Positions 1 through 8,550 of a stretch of DNA of 20,373 nucleotides are shown piece by piece. The position numbers and the translations under genes are program-made. Origin of the DNA: an uncultured archaeon (GTDB lineage Archaea > Thermoplasmatota > Penumbrarchaeia > JASLWR01). The notes below the pieces were generated by a model. The model worked only from the letters and a program-made list of their open reading frames with translations. It had not been told where the DNA came from and did no database searches. The stretch spans positions 1 to 20,373 of the forward strand of contig CAYFHS010000048.1 of the NCBI GenBank assembly GCA_964342815.1, read 5' to 3'. Every line of letters starts with the position of its first letter. Within the stretch, counting starts at the first letter, position 1.

Positions 1-2
1 TT

Positions 3-71
3 GGTAAAGTTGAACCAGAATGGGACGGCTTTACACATCAAAGAAGTGGTGCTGGGAGGCCGATTTGGTAA
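3..71 (+). CDS. Possible 3' end of an upstream CDS (partial; GKVEPEWDGFTHQRSGAGRPIW*), product unknown
   Basis: Frame 3 is open from the window edge to TAA at 69-71, reads as protein-like and converges on the kinase stop at 117. Too short to assign a family. Confidence 0.35.
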   Translation, partial: GKVEPEWDGFTHQRSGAGRPIW

Positions 72-116
72 TTGTAAGATACATCAGCGTCATCGGAGAA
101 AAGTGCTTATTCATTT

Positions 117-1808
117 CTATATAATACTGCAGATGTTATCATACATTGTATCCAAACTTTCCCATCGCTGTTTCTTGCTCTTTTCAAGTGCTTTTAGGAT
201 CGTTTCGTCCATACCCGGAGGGATCTCCGGATTTATACAGCTGGGCGGCTTGGGAGTTTTCTTTAGTATACACCCGATACTTCTCATCGCCGTTGTATCC
301 TGGAAGGGATTCTTTCCCGTCAACATCTCGTAGAAGAGGATCCCCAGTTGAAATACGTCAGTCCTTCTCTCGATCTTCCCGAATTTATTATTATCGAACT
401 CCTCGGGGGCCGAATAAGCATATATATTCTTGGAACCCGAGCCGCCTATCCCCGAAGCTATTACCTTCCCGATCCCCCAATCCCCGATCTTCGGTGCTCC
501 GGCTTTCGAGAAGAAGATATTTTCGGGGTTAAGGTTCCGATGAACGAAACCTTTCTCATGGGCATAGGACATTCCATGAAGCACCTTGTTCATGATATGG
601 ATCGCTTCCCCCAATGTCAACTTGTGTTTTATCATCAAATTACTCAAGCTCCCTCCGTCCATGGGTTCCGTTACGACGTGCGGCAGCGGTCGAAACTCGC
701 TGTCATAGACTTCCACTATATTCTCGTGTTTGAGCCCCTTCCACGCGTTTGCCCTGGCGACAAAATTTTTCCAGGTATCATGGTTTATTGGAACTTCTTT
801 CCTGAACTGGGGTACGTTTATGGAAACTCTCCTACCGGAGGAATCGATACCTTCGTAAATATTCGCATACGTTCCGGAATGAACTTGATTTTTGATTTTA
901 TATCTTGACAGTATTTTTCTGATAGACGATGAGGGTGGTTTGTTCCTTGCCGTGGGAATATATTTTATGTATGACCTTGACGGTACGACGACGATCTCTT
1001 TTTGGGACTTGAGTTGAGCGAGTTCGGTGCTGCTTTCCTTTTTCTTCACATCTTCTTTCTTCAAGGGAGTGGGGGTTGCTTCTGTTTTCTCGATGGTGGT
1101 CCCCATCACACTATACTGTATCTCGTAGCTCGGTTTTTCCAGAGTCCATCTGGATCCTTTGATATACGGGGATTCATTCTTTTTTTTTCTTTTCGAGGTC
1201 GAGGCCCTGTATACGTTTCGGGCGAGGTCCTTGCGGTGTTTTATCTGGACTCTAAGCTCGTCCAGATCCTTCTTTATATTTTCATATGAAATTATTGCTT
1301 TTTTTAGAGATTTAACATTTTCTTCGTTGCAATGGATATTCTCCATCAGTATCTTTTGGTGGGCGAGTGTTTTCTGGTAGATACTGGGGCTTATTCCGTA
1401 CTTTTCCACCTCATTGATCATCTGCTCGTTTTCCTTCATCCTTTCTTCCACTGTAGACCTGATATCGCGGAAAGACGTGTATGATTCATCACGTTTCCTG
1501 GTATTTAACCACCAGAAAATGTTACCCGCAAAGATGTAACCCAGCATGCCTCCTGAGAACATCTCTACGAATAGACCGGCAGTATCTCTTATCAAGTAAC
1601 TCCGGACTCCCTCGAGGACCGCACCGATTACCAACCCCGCGAGAGCCTTCTCCGAAAAATGCCTAATGGTTAAAACCAGTAAAAAAAGAGCGCCAACCCC
1701 TGCCATTACGCCCCCTGAGATTCCACCCAGAAATATACCTGCGCCTATCACCATTGCCCCGATGATCTCGATGATCACAACGAACTTCCAGCTAAAGTCC
1801 AGTTTCAT
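117..1808 (-). CDS. Membrane-anchored Hanks-type Ser/Thr kinase-fold protein (probable pseudokinase), 563 aa
   Basis: N-terminal hydrophobic helices (aa ~5-100), then a coiled coil and a Lys/Glu linker. C-terminal kinase fold with HENIV, HRNLNPEN, KIGDWG, YSAPEE, TDVFQLG, LTGKNPF. SD AGAGGT at 1820-1815, 6 nt before the ATG. Confidence 0.9.
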   Translation of the reverse strand: MKLDFSWKFVVIIEIIGAMVIGAGIFLGGISGGVMAGVGALFLLVLTIRHFSEKALAGLVIGAVLEGVRSYLIRDTAGLFVEMFSGGMLGYIFAGNIFWWLNTRKRDESYTSFRDIRSTVEERMKENEQMINEVEKYGISPSIYQKTLAHQKILMENIHCNEENVKSLKKAIISYENIKKDLDELRVQIKHRKDLARNVYRASTSKRKKKNESPYIKGSRWTLEKPSYEIQYSVMGTTIEKTEATPTPLKKEDVKKKESSTELAQLKSQKEIVVVPSRSYIKYIPTARNKPPSSSIRKILSRYKIKNQVHSGTYANIYEGIDSSGRRVSINVPQFRKEVPINHDTWKNFVARANAWKGLKHENIVEVYDSEFRPLPHVVTEPMDGGSLSNLMIKHKLTLGEAIHIMNKVLHGMSYAHEKGFVHRNLNPENIFFSKAGAPKIGDWGIGKVIASGIGGSGSKNIYAYSAPEEFDNNKFGKIERRTDVFQLGILFYEMLTGKNPFQDTTAMRSIGCILKKTPKPPSCINPEIPPGMDETILKALEKSKKQRWESLDTMYDNICSII

Positions 1809-2080
1809 CCGATAACCTCTTGTGAATTTTTACATTTGGGTCTTATCGAGCTAAACTCTCTCATGGCAATTCTCAGTTTCACACTACATAGTCGAGTTAT
1901 TATTTTCTCCCATCATTATCATATTTCTATCATTGATCAAGTCATTTTTTGAACAGTCTGTATCTAATGTCGAACGAGCACACCCTTTTTAAAACTGAAT
2001 TACATAGGTATTAACTACTCAGTGTCATATATGTAGTGAGGCACAATTATCGACACCTTTGGATTCTTTTAGTTCAGAAT

Positions 2081-2341
2081 TTAGGCAACAAGTACCGTAA
2101 CAATTTGACTTCCACGGACCTCTCCACCCTTTTCCTCCACTTTCTTCTCTCCTATAATGATGCCAAAGAAAAGTATGAACATCACGGCCACGAACGCCGT
2201 GGCATCCCTATCGAAATTTGCAGGTTTCATCATCCGACTGTTCCTGTTCATGTACCTGTTACGATAATCGGTGGAGATGATGTTCTCAACGTCTTCAATG
2301 GTTTCGAAAACGTCGCCGAGCCATGAGGAAGATGATTCCAT
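2081..2341 (-). CDS. Hypothetical small protein, 86 aa (MESSSSW...), one hydrophobic segment
   Basis: Sub-ORF of track ORF 2081..2497. ATG at 2341 is preceded by AAGGGAGAC; possible TM ATAFVAVMFILFFGIIIG. No recognisable family. Confidence 0.35.
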   Translation of the reverse strand: MESSSSWLGDVFETIEDVENIISTDYRNRYMNRNSRMMKPANFDRDATAFVAVMFILFFGIIIGEKKVEEKGGEVRGSQIVTVLVA

Positions 2342-2883
2342 GTCTCCCTTGGCGCTCGAACGGTAGGGCGACACATAGACAAAGAGCATGAGGTGATATA
2401 TGTACGACGATAGAGGAAATTTCCCGCTGCCCTGATGTGTAGTTAAGTATTTTGATGGGGACAAGGGCGACAATAAGCCGTGGAGGATGTAGATCATGAA
2501 GGCGGGGTGTGGGGTGCAGACGCGGGATTATGTTCCAAATTATTCTTTTTCCAGTCCTAGTGAGTATAATACAAGTCGATATTCTTTACTTTCACTCCCC
2601 CCACTATAACCCTTAAATATTTCTTCGACAAATCAACTTTTTCTAATATCGCCCTCGTATCCATTCCCTTAACAGCATCAGCGAAACACCCCGACATGTA
2701 ACCCAAAGAAAGATGATATTTCAAATCTCCAAATCCCCATAATTATAAGTAGATGAATGATGATTTTCCGATGAAAGCGGCCCTTCCGGATCGCTACACT
2801 TTCAAGTCAAGCTAGTACTTGGCTTTTCAAGCATTCCCACCTCGGAGGTGTCCCCCATAACCAGCATCAACCTCGATAACTTC

Positions 2884-4392
2884 ATGGAGACTGAGCGGAT
2901 ATATTCCGTGAACGAGATCACTCGTATGATCAAGTCGGTCATAGAGGATAGTGACCAGCTTCGTGATGTTGGGGTTCGAGGTGAAATTACAAATTTCTAT
3001 TTTCAACAAAATCGAGGGCACATGTATTTCGATCTTAAAAGCAAGGATTCCAAGATCAAATGCGTAAGTTTCCGGGGTATGAATAGAAATTTCAAGTTCA
3101 TGCCTGCAAACGGCATGAAAGTGATAGTGAGGGGATATGTCACCATCTACGAGGTTCGGGGCGAGTACCAGATAATGGTCAAGGATATTCGCCACGACGG
3201 AGTGGGCAATCTTCACGAAGAATACGAAAAACTGAAGGCGAAGCTGAAGGCTGAAGGGCTTTTCGATGAAGAAAACAAACTTCCCATACCACTATATCCC
3301 AAGAAGATAGGCATCGCATCGGGAGCCGAGAGCGCGGCCCTGCATGATATTCTGAAAATAATTAACCGAAGATACCCCTGTGTAGAGCTTTTTGTCGTAC
3401 CCACCATCGTACAGGGCATTTATGCAAAGGCCTCGATCATCTCGTCTCTGGAAATGCTGAACTCCCTCGATGATCTCGACGTTATAATTCTCGCAAGAGG
3501 CGGTGGTTCCCTCGAAGATCTGTGGGCTTTCAATCTGGAGCCGGTAATACGATCGGTTTTCAACTCCAGAGTACCGGTAATAACCGGAATAGGTCACCAG
3601 ACCGATTTTACTCTATGTGATTTTGTGTCCGATAGGAGAGCACCGACGCCTTCCACGGCTGCGGAAATGGCCGTTCCCGATAGATCGCAGTTACTGAAAC
3701 GGATAAATGAGCTTGAACGCGCTGCAGTACACACGGTAAAAAATACGTTGGAGAAAAGAAAATTTCACCTGGATTCACTGAAGGACCATATTCTGCTGCG
3801 GGATCCCGTTCGTCTGATTTCAGCGAGAATGCAGCATCACGATGAGATGGATTCCCGGCTGAAGCGAACTGGAAGTCTTATGCTGCAGGGATATAAGGTG
3901 CGGCTCAAGGCTTATGACCGCAGTGCCGCCTTCAAGAGACCTATGGATAATATTAGAAAGCTGAAAGGTAGCCTCGCACAGTTATTTTTTGAACTGGACA
4001 TTTATTTCAAGAACCGATTTACCGCTTCGAGGGATATGTGCAGCCTCTATACCAGCGCCGTATACCGAAATTCACCGGTGGAAATGATCCTTCGGCTAGG
4101 TGAAAGAGTTCAGTTGAACGACAAGAGATTACAGAAAAATATCACACATTTCATTAAATTTAGACAAAAAATGGTTGAGAACGGTTCCGTACTTTTAAGC
4201 TCGCTGTCTCCCGAGAGAATTCTCGATCGGGGTTACGCTCTGGTCCTCGACTCCGAAGGACGAGTTATTAGTGACGCCGAAAGAACGAATATAGGTGATA
4301 TAATAGAAGTGCGTTTACGCAGATCAAGACTGCGATCAGTTGTAAAAGACAAGGAGATAGATATACATGGCGGAAGAGATAGAAAAACTTAG
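2884..4392 (+). CDS. xseA: Exodeoxyribonuclease VII large subunit
   Basis: N-terminal OB fold (VRGEITNF...GHMYFDLK...VRGEYQI), LPIPLYPKKIGI, IILARGGGSLEDLWAFN, GIGHQTDFTLCDFVSDRRAPTPSTAAE, LSPERILDRGYALV. Start placed at ATG 2884 (METERIYSVNEIT) rather than the track's GTG 2848. Confidence 0.96.
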   Translation: METERIYSVNEITRMIKSVIEDSDQLRDVGVRGEITNFYFQQNRGHMYFDLKSKDSKIKCVSFRGMNRNFKFMPANGMKVIVRGYVTIYEVRGEYQIMVKDIRHDGVGNLHEEYEKLKAKLKAEGLFDEENKLPIPLYPKKIGIASGAESAALHDILKIINRRYPCVELFVVPTIVQGIYAKASIISSLEMLNSLDDLDVIILARGGGSLEDLWAFNLEPVIRSVFNSRVPVITGIGHQTDFTLCDFVSDRRAPTPSTAAEMAVPDRSQLLKRINELERAAVHTVKNTLEKRKFHLDSLKDHILLRDPVRLISARMQHHDEMDSRLKRTGSLMLQGYKVRLKAYDRSAAFKRPMDNIRKLKGSLAQLFFELDIYFKNRFTASRDMCSLYTSAVYRNSPVEMILRLGERVQLNDKRLQKNITHFIKFRQKMVENGSVLLSSLSPERILDRGYALVLDSEGRVISDAERTNIGDIIEVRLRRSRLRSVVKDKEIDIHGGRDRKT

Positions 4393-4636
4393 TTTCGAGG
4401 AAGCAATGTCCGAGATGGAAAAGACGGTGAAGAGTCTCGAGGAAGGAGACCTCTCTCTCGAGGATTCTCTTAAAAAGTTCGAGTACGGCATAGGCCTGTC
4501 GCGCCATCTCCATGGAAAGCTGAAATCGGCGGAACTGAGAATAAACGAACTGGTAAAGGAGAGCGGCGAACTTGTGGAAAGGCCTCTCGATATATCATTG
4601 ACGGAAGAGGATACCGGCGACGAGGGATCCCAATGA
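4367..4636 (+). CDS. xseB: Exodeoxyribonuclease VII small subunit
   Basis: LSFEEAMSEMEKTVKSLEEGDLSLEDSLKKFEYGIGL...LKSAELRI signature. Overlaps the xseA 3' end; AAGGAG upstream. Confidence 0.95.
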   Translation: MAEEIEKLSFEEAMSEMEKTVKSLEEGDLSLEDSLKKFEYGIGLSRHLHGKLKSAELRINELVKESGELVERPLDISLTEEDTGDEGSQ

Positions 4637-5427
4637 AGATCGCACTGGTCCAGACCCCATCCGTAATTGGTGAGGTTGATGCCAATATCGCTAAGATCGG
4701 GAAGTGCATGGGGGAGACCGATGCAGAGCTTTTGATATTCCCCGAAATGTTTCTCACCGGCTACAACATCGGTGACATGTTCTTTACACTTGCTCTCGAT
4801 ATCGAGGGAGCCGAGATTGAAAAGCTCGCAGCCCTTTGCCGTAATAATGAAAAATCAATTATTTTCGGTATTCCAAGGAAAGACGACGTGATACGCGGTG
4901 AAGTTCTCAACAGCTCCGTGGCAATAGGTGCGGACGGAGAGGTAACCTTTTACGACAAGTGGCATCTCCCGAACTTCGGCCCCTTCGATGAAAGGCGCTA
5001 TTTCCGGCAGGGCCATCACCTTGGAGTATTCGAGATAAATGACATAAAACTCGGCCTTATCATCTGCTATGACATCTTTTTTCCTGAACTCACCAAACAA
5101 TACGCCCTCATGGGCTGTGACGGCGTGGTCTGCATATCCGCCGCCCCGTCCATAACTTTAAGGTTTTTCGAGGCCATCGTTCCGGCCCGAGCCATCGAGA
5201 ACACTATCTTCATGATCTACTCGAACGTGATAGGTAACGAAAAGAATTTGGTCTTTAAAGGCGGGGGGCAGGTCTGGGGGCCGCGGGGCGACCGAAAAGT
5301 ACGGGCGGAAGATTTCACTGATTGTATCGTTGAGCTTGACCTTGATATGGCAGAGGTTGAAACAGCAAGGAGACTGCGCCCGGTTCTCAAAGATACCAGG
5401 ATCGAGGGGCTGTTCTCGGATGATTGA
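4633..5427 (+). CDS. Carbon-nitrogen hydrolase (nitrilase superfamily)
   Basis: Glu-Lys-Cys triad motifs IFPEMFLTGY, YDKWHLP..FDERRYF and ICYDIFFPE, plus RAIEN. ATGA overlap with the xseB stop. Confidence 0.93.
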   Translation: MKIALVQTPSVIGEVDANIAKIGKCMGETDAELLIFPEMFLTGYNIGDMFFTLALDIEGAEIEKLAALCRNNEKSIIFGIPRKDDVIRGEVLNSSVAIGADGEVTFYDKWHLPNFGPFDERRYFRQGHHLGVFEINDIKLGLIICYDIFFPELTKQYALMGCDGVVCISAAPSITLRFFEAIVPARAIENTIFMIYSNVIGNEKNLVFKGGGQVWGPRGDRKVRAEDFTDCIVELDLDMAEVETARRLRPVLKDTRIEGLFSDD

Positions 5428-7072
5428 ATTTCACGGTGAAAAGGATACTAAGTATGACGATAAGTGGTATGGGGTACCCCCCAAGGGCGAGCGACCCCTG
5501 CCCGAAAAATGGAGATTCCCCTGGGGAATATACCCACCACCGGGTAAGTGGATTTACCTCCTTGAGATACTGATGGTCATAGGGATCGAGTTCGGCCTAT
5601 GGAGTATTTACAGGTGGTTGAGCGCACCCTACATCAGTCCCTTCGGCAGTCTTAAGTTCTACATCGCCCACATCATCGCCGCCCCCACCATACACCTGGT
5701 CCCGATCCTCCTGTACTGGAAGTTCATTCTAAAGGAGAGAGGGCACCCGTTCACATTCACCCGGACCCGCATCATGAGCGGGGTCATGATCGGTCTATTG
5801 AGCGCCATTCTTTGGCGGGTTCTGGAGATGCTGACCTACGACACATTATCCGGTGTTGCAGGCGGGAGCGAATTCGGGACACTTGGATTCTTCAGCGTTC
5901 TTGATACGACCACCGTCCTTCTTTTCGCCATCATGACCTTCACTCATTTCTGTATCGTTGGGCCAGTGGAGGAGCTGCAGTTCAGGGGATTCACCCAGGA
6001 CCAGGCCGCGAGAGTGCTGCCAAACTGGCAGGCGGTGGTCTTTGCATCGATCCTGTTCGGGCTCAGTCACGTTCCCATAGCCATAACCGTTTACAAGATG
6101 CCCATCGAACAGCTCATAGTGGCCGAGATCGGGTGGATGACCGCGGGAGCGGTATTTGGCGCCCTGTACCTGTGGTCGAGAAACATATATGCTGTAATAA
6201 TAATGCACGGCATGGGGAACTGGCAGCTTTCCGTTTTCTTTTTCCAGAGCAGGGCCACTGCCGAGGGAATGAGTACAATGACGGATGTTACGGTGGGTAC
6301 GCTCACCTCCCTCATTGTGAACGCGATAATGATCATTGTTTTCTATCTAATATTCAAGTATTACTGGGAGCCGCAAAGAAAACAGAATGCAGCCATTACA
6401 CGGCCTTTTCCCATCGTCCAGAAAAGGATATTTGCCCATGATTACGGTAAAAGACCAATAAAAGCTACTTCAGTTAGACTGGCTGCGTTCAGTGTGGTGG
6501 TTTGCGGGCTCATTATGTTGGCCGCCTTTACCGTTGGGGAAACCGATTATGCCATGCTGGCTGCAATATCCGCCGAGCCATCGGAAGATATGGTTGATAT
6601 TAGCTCTTATGTGTTAGAAGAGGAAACGGTAACCGGGTCAGAGTATCTGAGCGAAGGTAATTTCATTACCATACCCTACAACTCAGAAGATGAGAAATAT
6701 ATTTCAGGGATTGCGGTAACACTCACATGGACCGATGAACCGGACATCCAACGTCTGCGGCGCTACGAGAATCAGCCGGATACTTTCTCATTGGAGCTGA
6801 ACGGTCCCAATATCACTGCTAGTGACAGCGGAGCCAATCCCCGAAATGGCGAAGGCACGATCTCGGCAGCACGGTCAATTCCATCCGAGGATATTCCCGA
6901 TATCATATCCACGGAAGGATACAATTATACGGTTGATGTGCTGATTACCATGGAGAAGGCAGGCAATTATGATGCGCGAGTTGGAGCTGGAGTGGTCAGC
7001 CTTGTGGATGGGGGGAACCAGTTTGACTACGAGATAATCATAGCTTGGTTTGTGCCCGAACGGACTCAATAA
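5420..7072 (+). CDS. CPBP (Abi/Rce1-like) intramembrane glutamic protease with a C-terminal extracytoplasmic domain, 550 aa
   Basis: Multiple TMs; motifs GPVEELQFRG, SILFGLSH and IIMHGMGN; acidic soluble domain after the last TM. Start at ATG 5420 overlaps the nitrilase stop (ATGATTGA). Confidence 0.88.
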   Translation: MIEFHGEKDTKYDDKWYGVPPKGERPLPEKWRFPWGIYPPPGKWIYLLEILMVIGIEFGLWSIYRWLSAPYISPFGSLKFYIAHIIAAPTIHLVPILLYWKFILKERGHPFTFTRTRIMSGVMIGLLSAILWRVLEMLTYDTLSGVAGGSEFGTLGFFSVLDTTTVLLFAIMTFTHFCIVGPVEELQFRGFTQDQAARVLPNWQAVVFASILFGLSHVPIAITVYKMPIEQLIVAEIGWMTAGAVFGALYLWSRNIYAVIIMHGMGNWQLSVFFFQSRATAEGMSTMTDVTVGTLTSLIVNAIMIIVFYLIFKYYWEPQRKQNAAITRPFPIVQKRIFAHDYGKRPIKATSVRLAAFSVVVCGLIMLAAFTVGETDYAMLAAISAEPSEDMVDISSYVLEEETVTGSEYLSEGNFITIPYNSEDEKYISGIAVTLTWTDEPDIQRLRRYENQPDTFSLELNGPNITASDSGANPRNGEGTISAARSIPSEDIPDIISTEGYNYTVDVLITMEKAGNYDARVGAGVVSLVDGGNQFDYEIIIAWFVPERTQ

Positions 7073-7076
7073 AATA

Positions 7077-7084
7077 TTTAAAAT
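7077..7084 (+). promoter_or_regulatory. Putative archaeal TATA box (TTTAAAAT) for a leaderless 4Fe-4S gene transcript
   Basis: Ends 26 nt upstream of ATG 7111, which has no SD; this is typical leaderless spacing. Confidence 0.4.
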
Positions 7085-7110
7085 ACGAATACTATGTCCG
7101 ACCGATCGAG

Positions 7111-7980
7111 ATGAGAATTCGTTCACTTCGTATAACATCCCAGATCTTCTTTCTAATACTGTCCATAGCAGGGATTTTCGGTATCGGGATGACCGGTCTT
7201 ATATATCCGTTCTTTTTCTGCGTCGCATGCCCTGGGGCTGTTGCGAACTGCCCCATAGGCGCTCTTCAATATGCCGTAATTGGATTCGAGAGCGGCGCCT
7301 GGTTGAAATTATCACTGTATTTATTTGGTTTTATTGCATTTCTCTCCGTTATTTTCGGAAGAGCGTTCTGCGGGTGGGCATGTCCTTTCGGAGCCCTGCA
7401 GGACCTGATTTCCCCTGTCACGAAACGCAACAATCGTTTTTTTCGAATACCCCGGATGTGGGAGGCACGGTATATGAAATACGGTGTGCTCGGTCTGGTG
7501 GTTGTGGCGGCGTGGGCGTTCAATACGAAATGGTTCTGCCTCTTCGACCCAGGGGGCATGGTGACCGCTACCATTCCGACGCTGGCCGTTTCCCGGTTCA
7601 CCGACGATGCATGGGGGAGCGGGGATTATCTTGTCATGAAGATCATCTACACGATTGTTTTTCTGATAGGAATTTTCATCATCAGCAGGGCATGGTGCCG
7701 ATTCATATGTCCATACGGAGCCATGGTGGCACCTTTCAACAAGATCTCCGTATTACATCTAAAACGCGATTCAGATAGGTGTATCAGCTGTAACCGCTGC
7801 TCTAAGAGCTGTCCCATGAACATCGACGTTGTTAGAGAAGAGCGTTCAGCCGAGTGTATCCTGTGCGGGCGGTGCGTGGAGGATTGCCCCGTGTCGTGTC
7901 TGGACCTATTCGCGTCCGGAAAGCAGGTGACGAAAGGAAATCCCAAAAAGGCAAAAGTGTCTGTCAATAATAGAATATGA
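7111..7980 (+). CDS. Membrane 4Fe-4S binding protein (NapH/MauN/YccM-like polyferredoxin), 289 aa
   Basis: CVACP..ANCPIGALQ, GRAFCGWACPFGALQD, RAWCRFICPYGA, and two CxxCxxCxxxCP clusters (CISCNRCSKSCP, CILCGRCVEDCP); several TMs. Confidence 0.9.
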   Translation: MRIRSLRITSQIFFLILSIAGIFGIGMTGLIYPFFFCVACPGAVANCPIGALQYAVIGFESGAWLKLSLYLFGFIAFLSVIFGRAFCGWACPFGALQDLISPVTKRNNRFFRIPRMWEARYMKYGVLGLVVVAAWAFNTKWFCLFDPGGMVTATIPTLAVSRFTDDAWGSGDYLVMKIIYTIVFLIGIFIISRAWCRFICPYGAMVAPFNKISVLHLKRDSDRCISCNRCSKSCPMNIDVVREERSAECILCGRCVEDCPVSCLDLFASGKQVTKGNPKKAKVSVNNRI

Positions 7981-8004
7981 ATGATGAATAAACGGAGGAA
8001 TTCT

Positions 8005-8496
8005 ATGGATATCAAACTGATCGAGGTAAAAAAACCCGAAGAAATGAATTTCATACTGGGTCAGGCCCATTTTGCACCGAAATCGGCGGAAGACCTCTAC
8101 GAAGCATTGGTGTGCAGCATGCCGTCCATCAAGTTCGGGCTGGCCTTCTGCGAGGGCTCTGACGAGAGGCTTGTGCGGGTCGAGGGTAACGACGAGAACC
8201 TGAAGGTTTTGGCTGCAAAGAATGCTTTCAAGATCGGGGTCGGCCACAGTTTTATCATTTTCATGAAAGGCGCGTTTCCATTGAACGTACTGAACGCGGT
8301 GAAGAACGTTAGAGAGGTCTGCTGCGTGTTCTGTGCCACGGGAAATCCAACCAAGGTGATCGTGGTGGAAGATGAAGAGAGCGGAAGAGGCATTATAGGT
8401 GTAATTGACGGAAAAAAGGCCAGCCGAGTGGAGAATGAGAATGAGAGAAAGGAGAGGATCGCTTTTCTCCGGAATATAGGCTATAAGTTGAGATGA
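8005..8496 (+). CDS. Adenosine-specific kinase / AMP-transferase family protein (DUF355, PAE2307-like), 163 aa
   Basis: NFILGQAHF, EDLYEAL, FGLAFCEGS...LVRVEGND, GHSF, FCATGNP, RGIIGVIDG, RIAFLRNIGYK. SD GGAGG upstream of ATG 8005. Confidence 0.88.
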   Translation: MDIKLIEVKKPEEMNFILGQAHFAPKSAEDLYEALVCSMPSIKFGLAFCEGSDERLVRVEGNDENLKVLAAKNAFKIGVGHSFIIFMKGAFPLNVLNAVKNVREVCCVFCATGNPTKVIVVEDEESGRGIIGVIDGKKASRVENENERKERIAFLRNIGYKLR

Positions 8497-8550
8497 ATTT
8501 TACTAATCGAACAAGATCCAATTGCAATAACTAATAACTCCATATCAGTT

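Noticed and set aside
1-333. 110-aa + strand ORF at the window start
   Set aside because: Overlaps the kinase 3' end on the opposite strand and is not protein-like; frame 3 (3..71) is the more plausible gene end.
2827-3216. 129-aa antisense ORF, and other antisense ORFs over xseA, CPBP, JAB and priS (e.g. 8607..9104, 10611..11036)
   Set aside because: Fully overlap well-supported genes on the opposite strand and contain no recognisable motifs.
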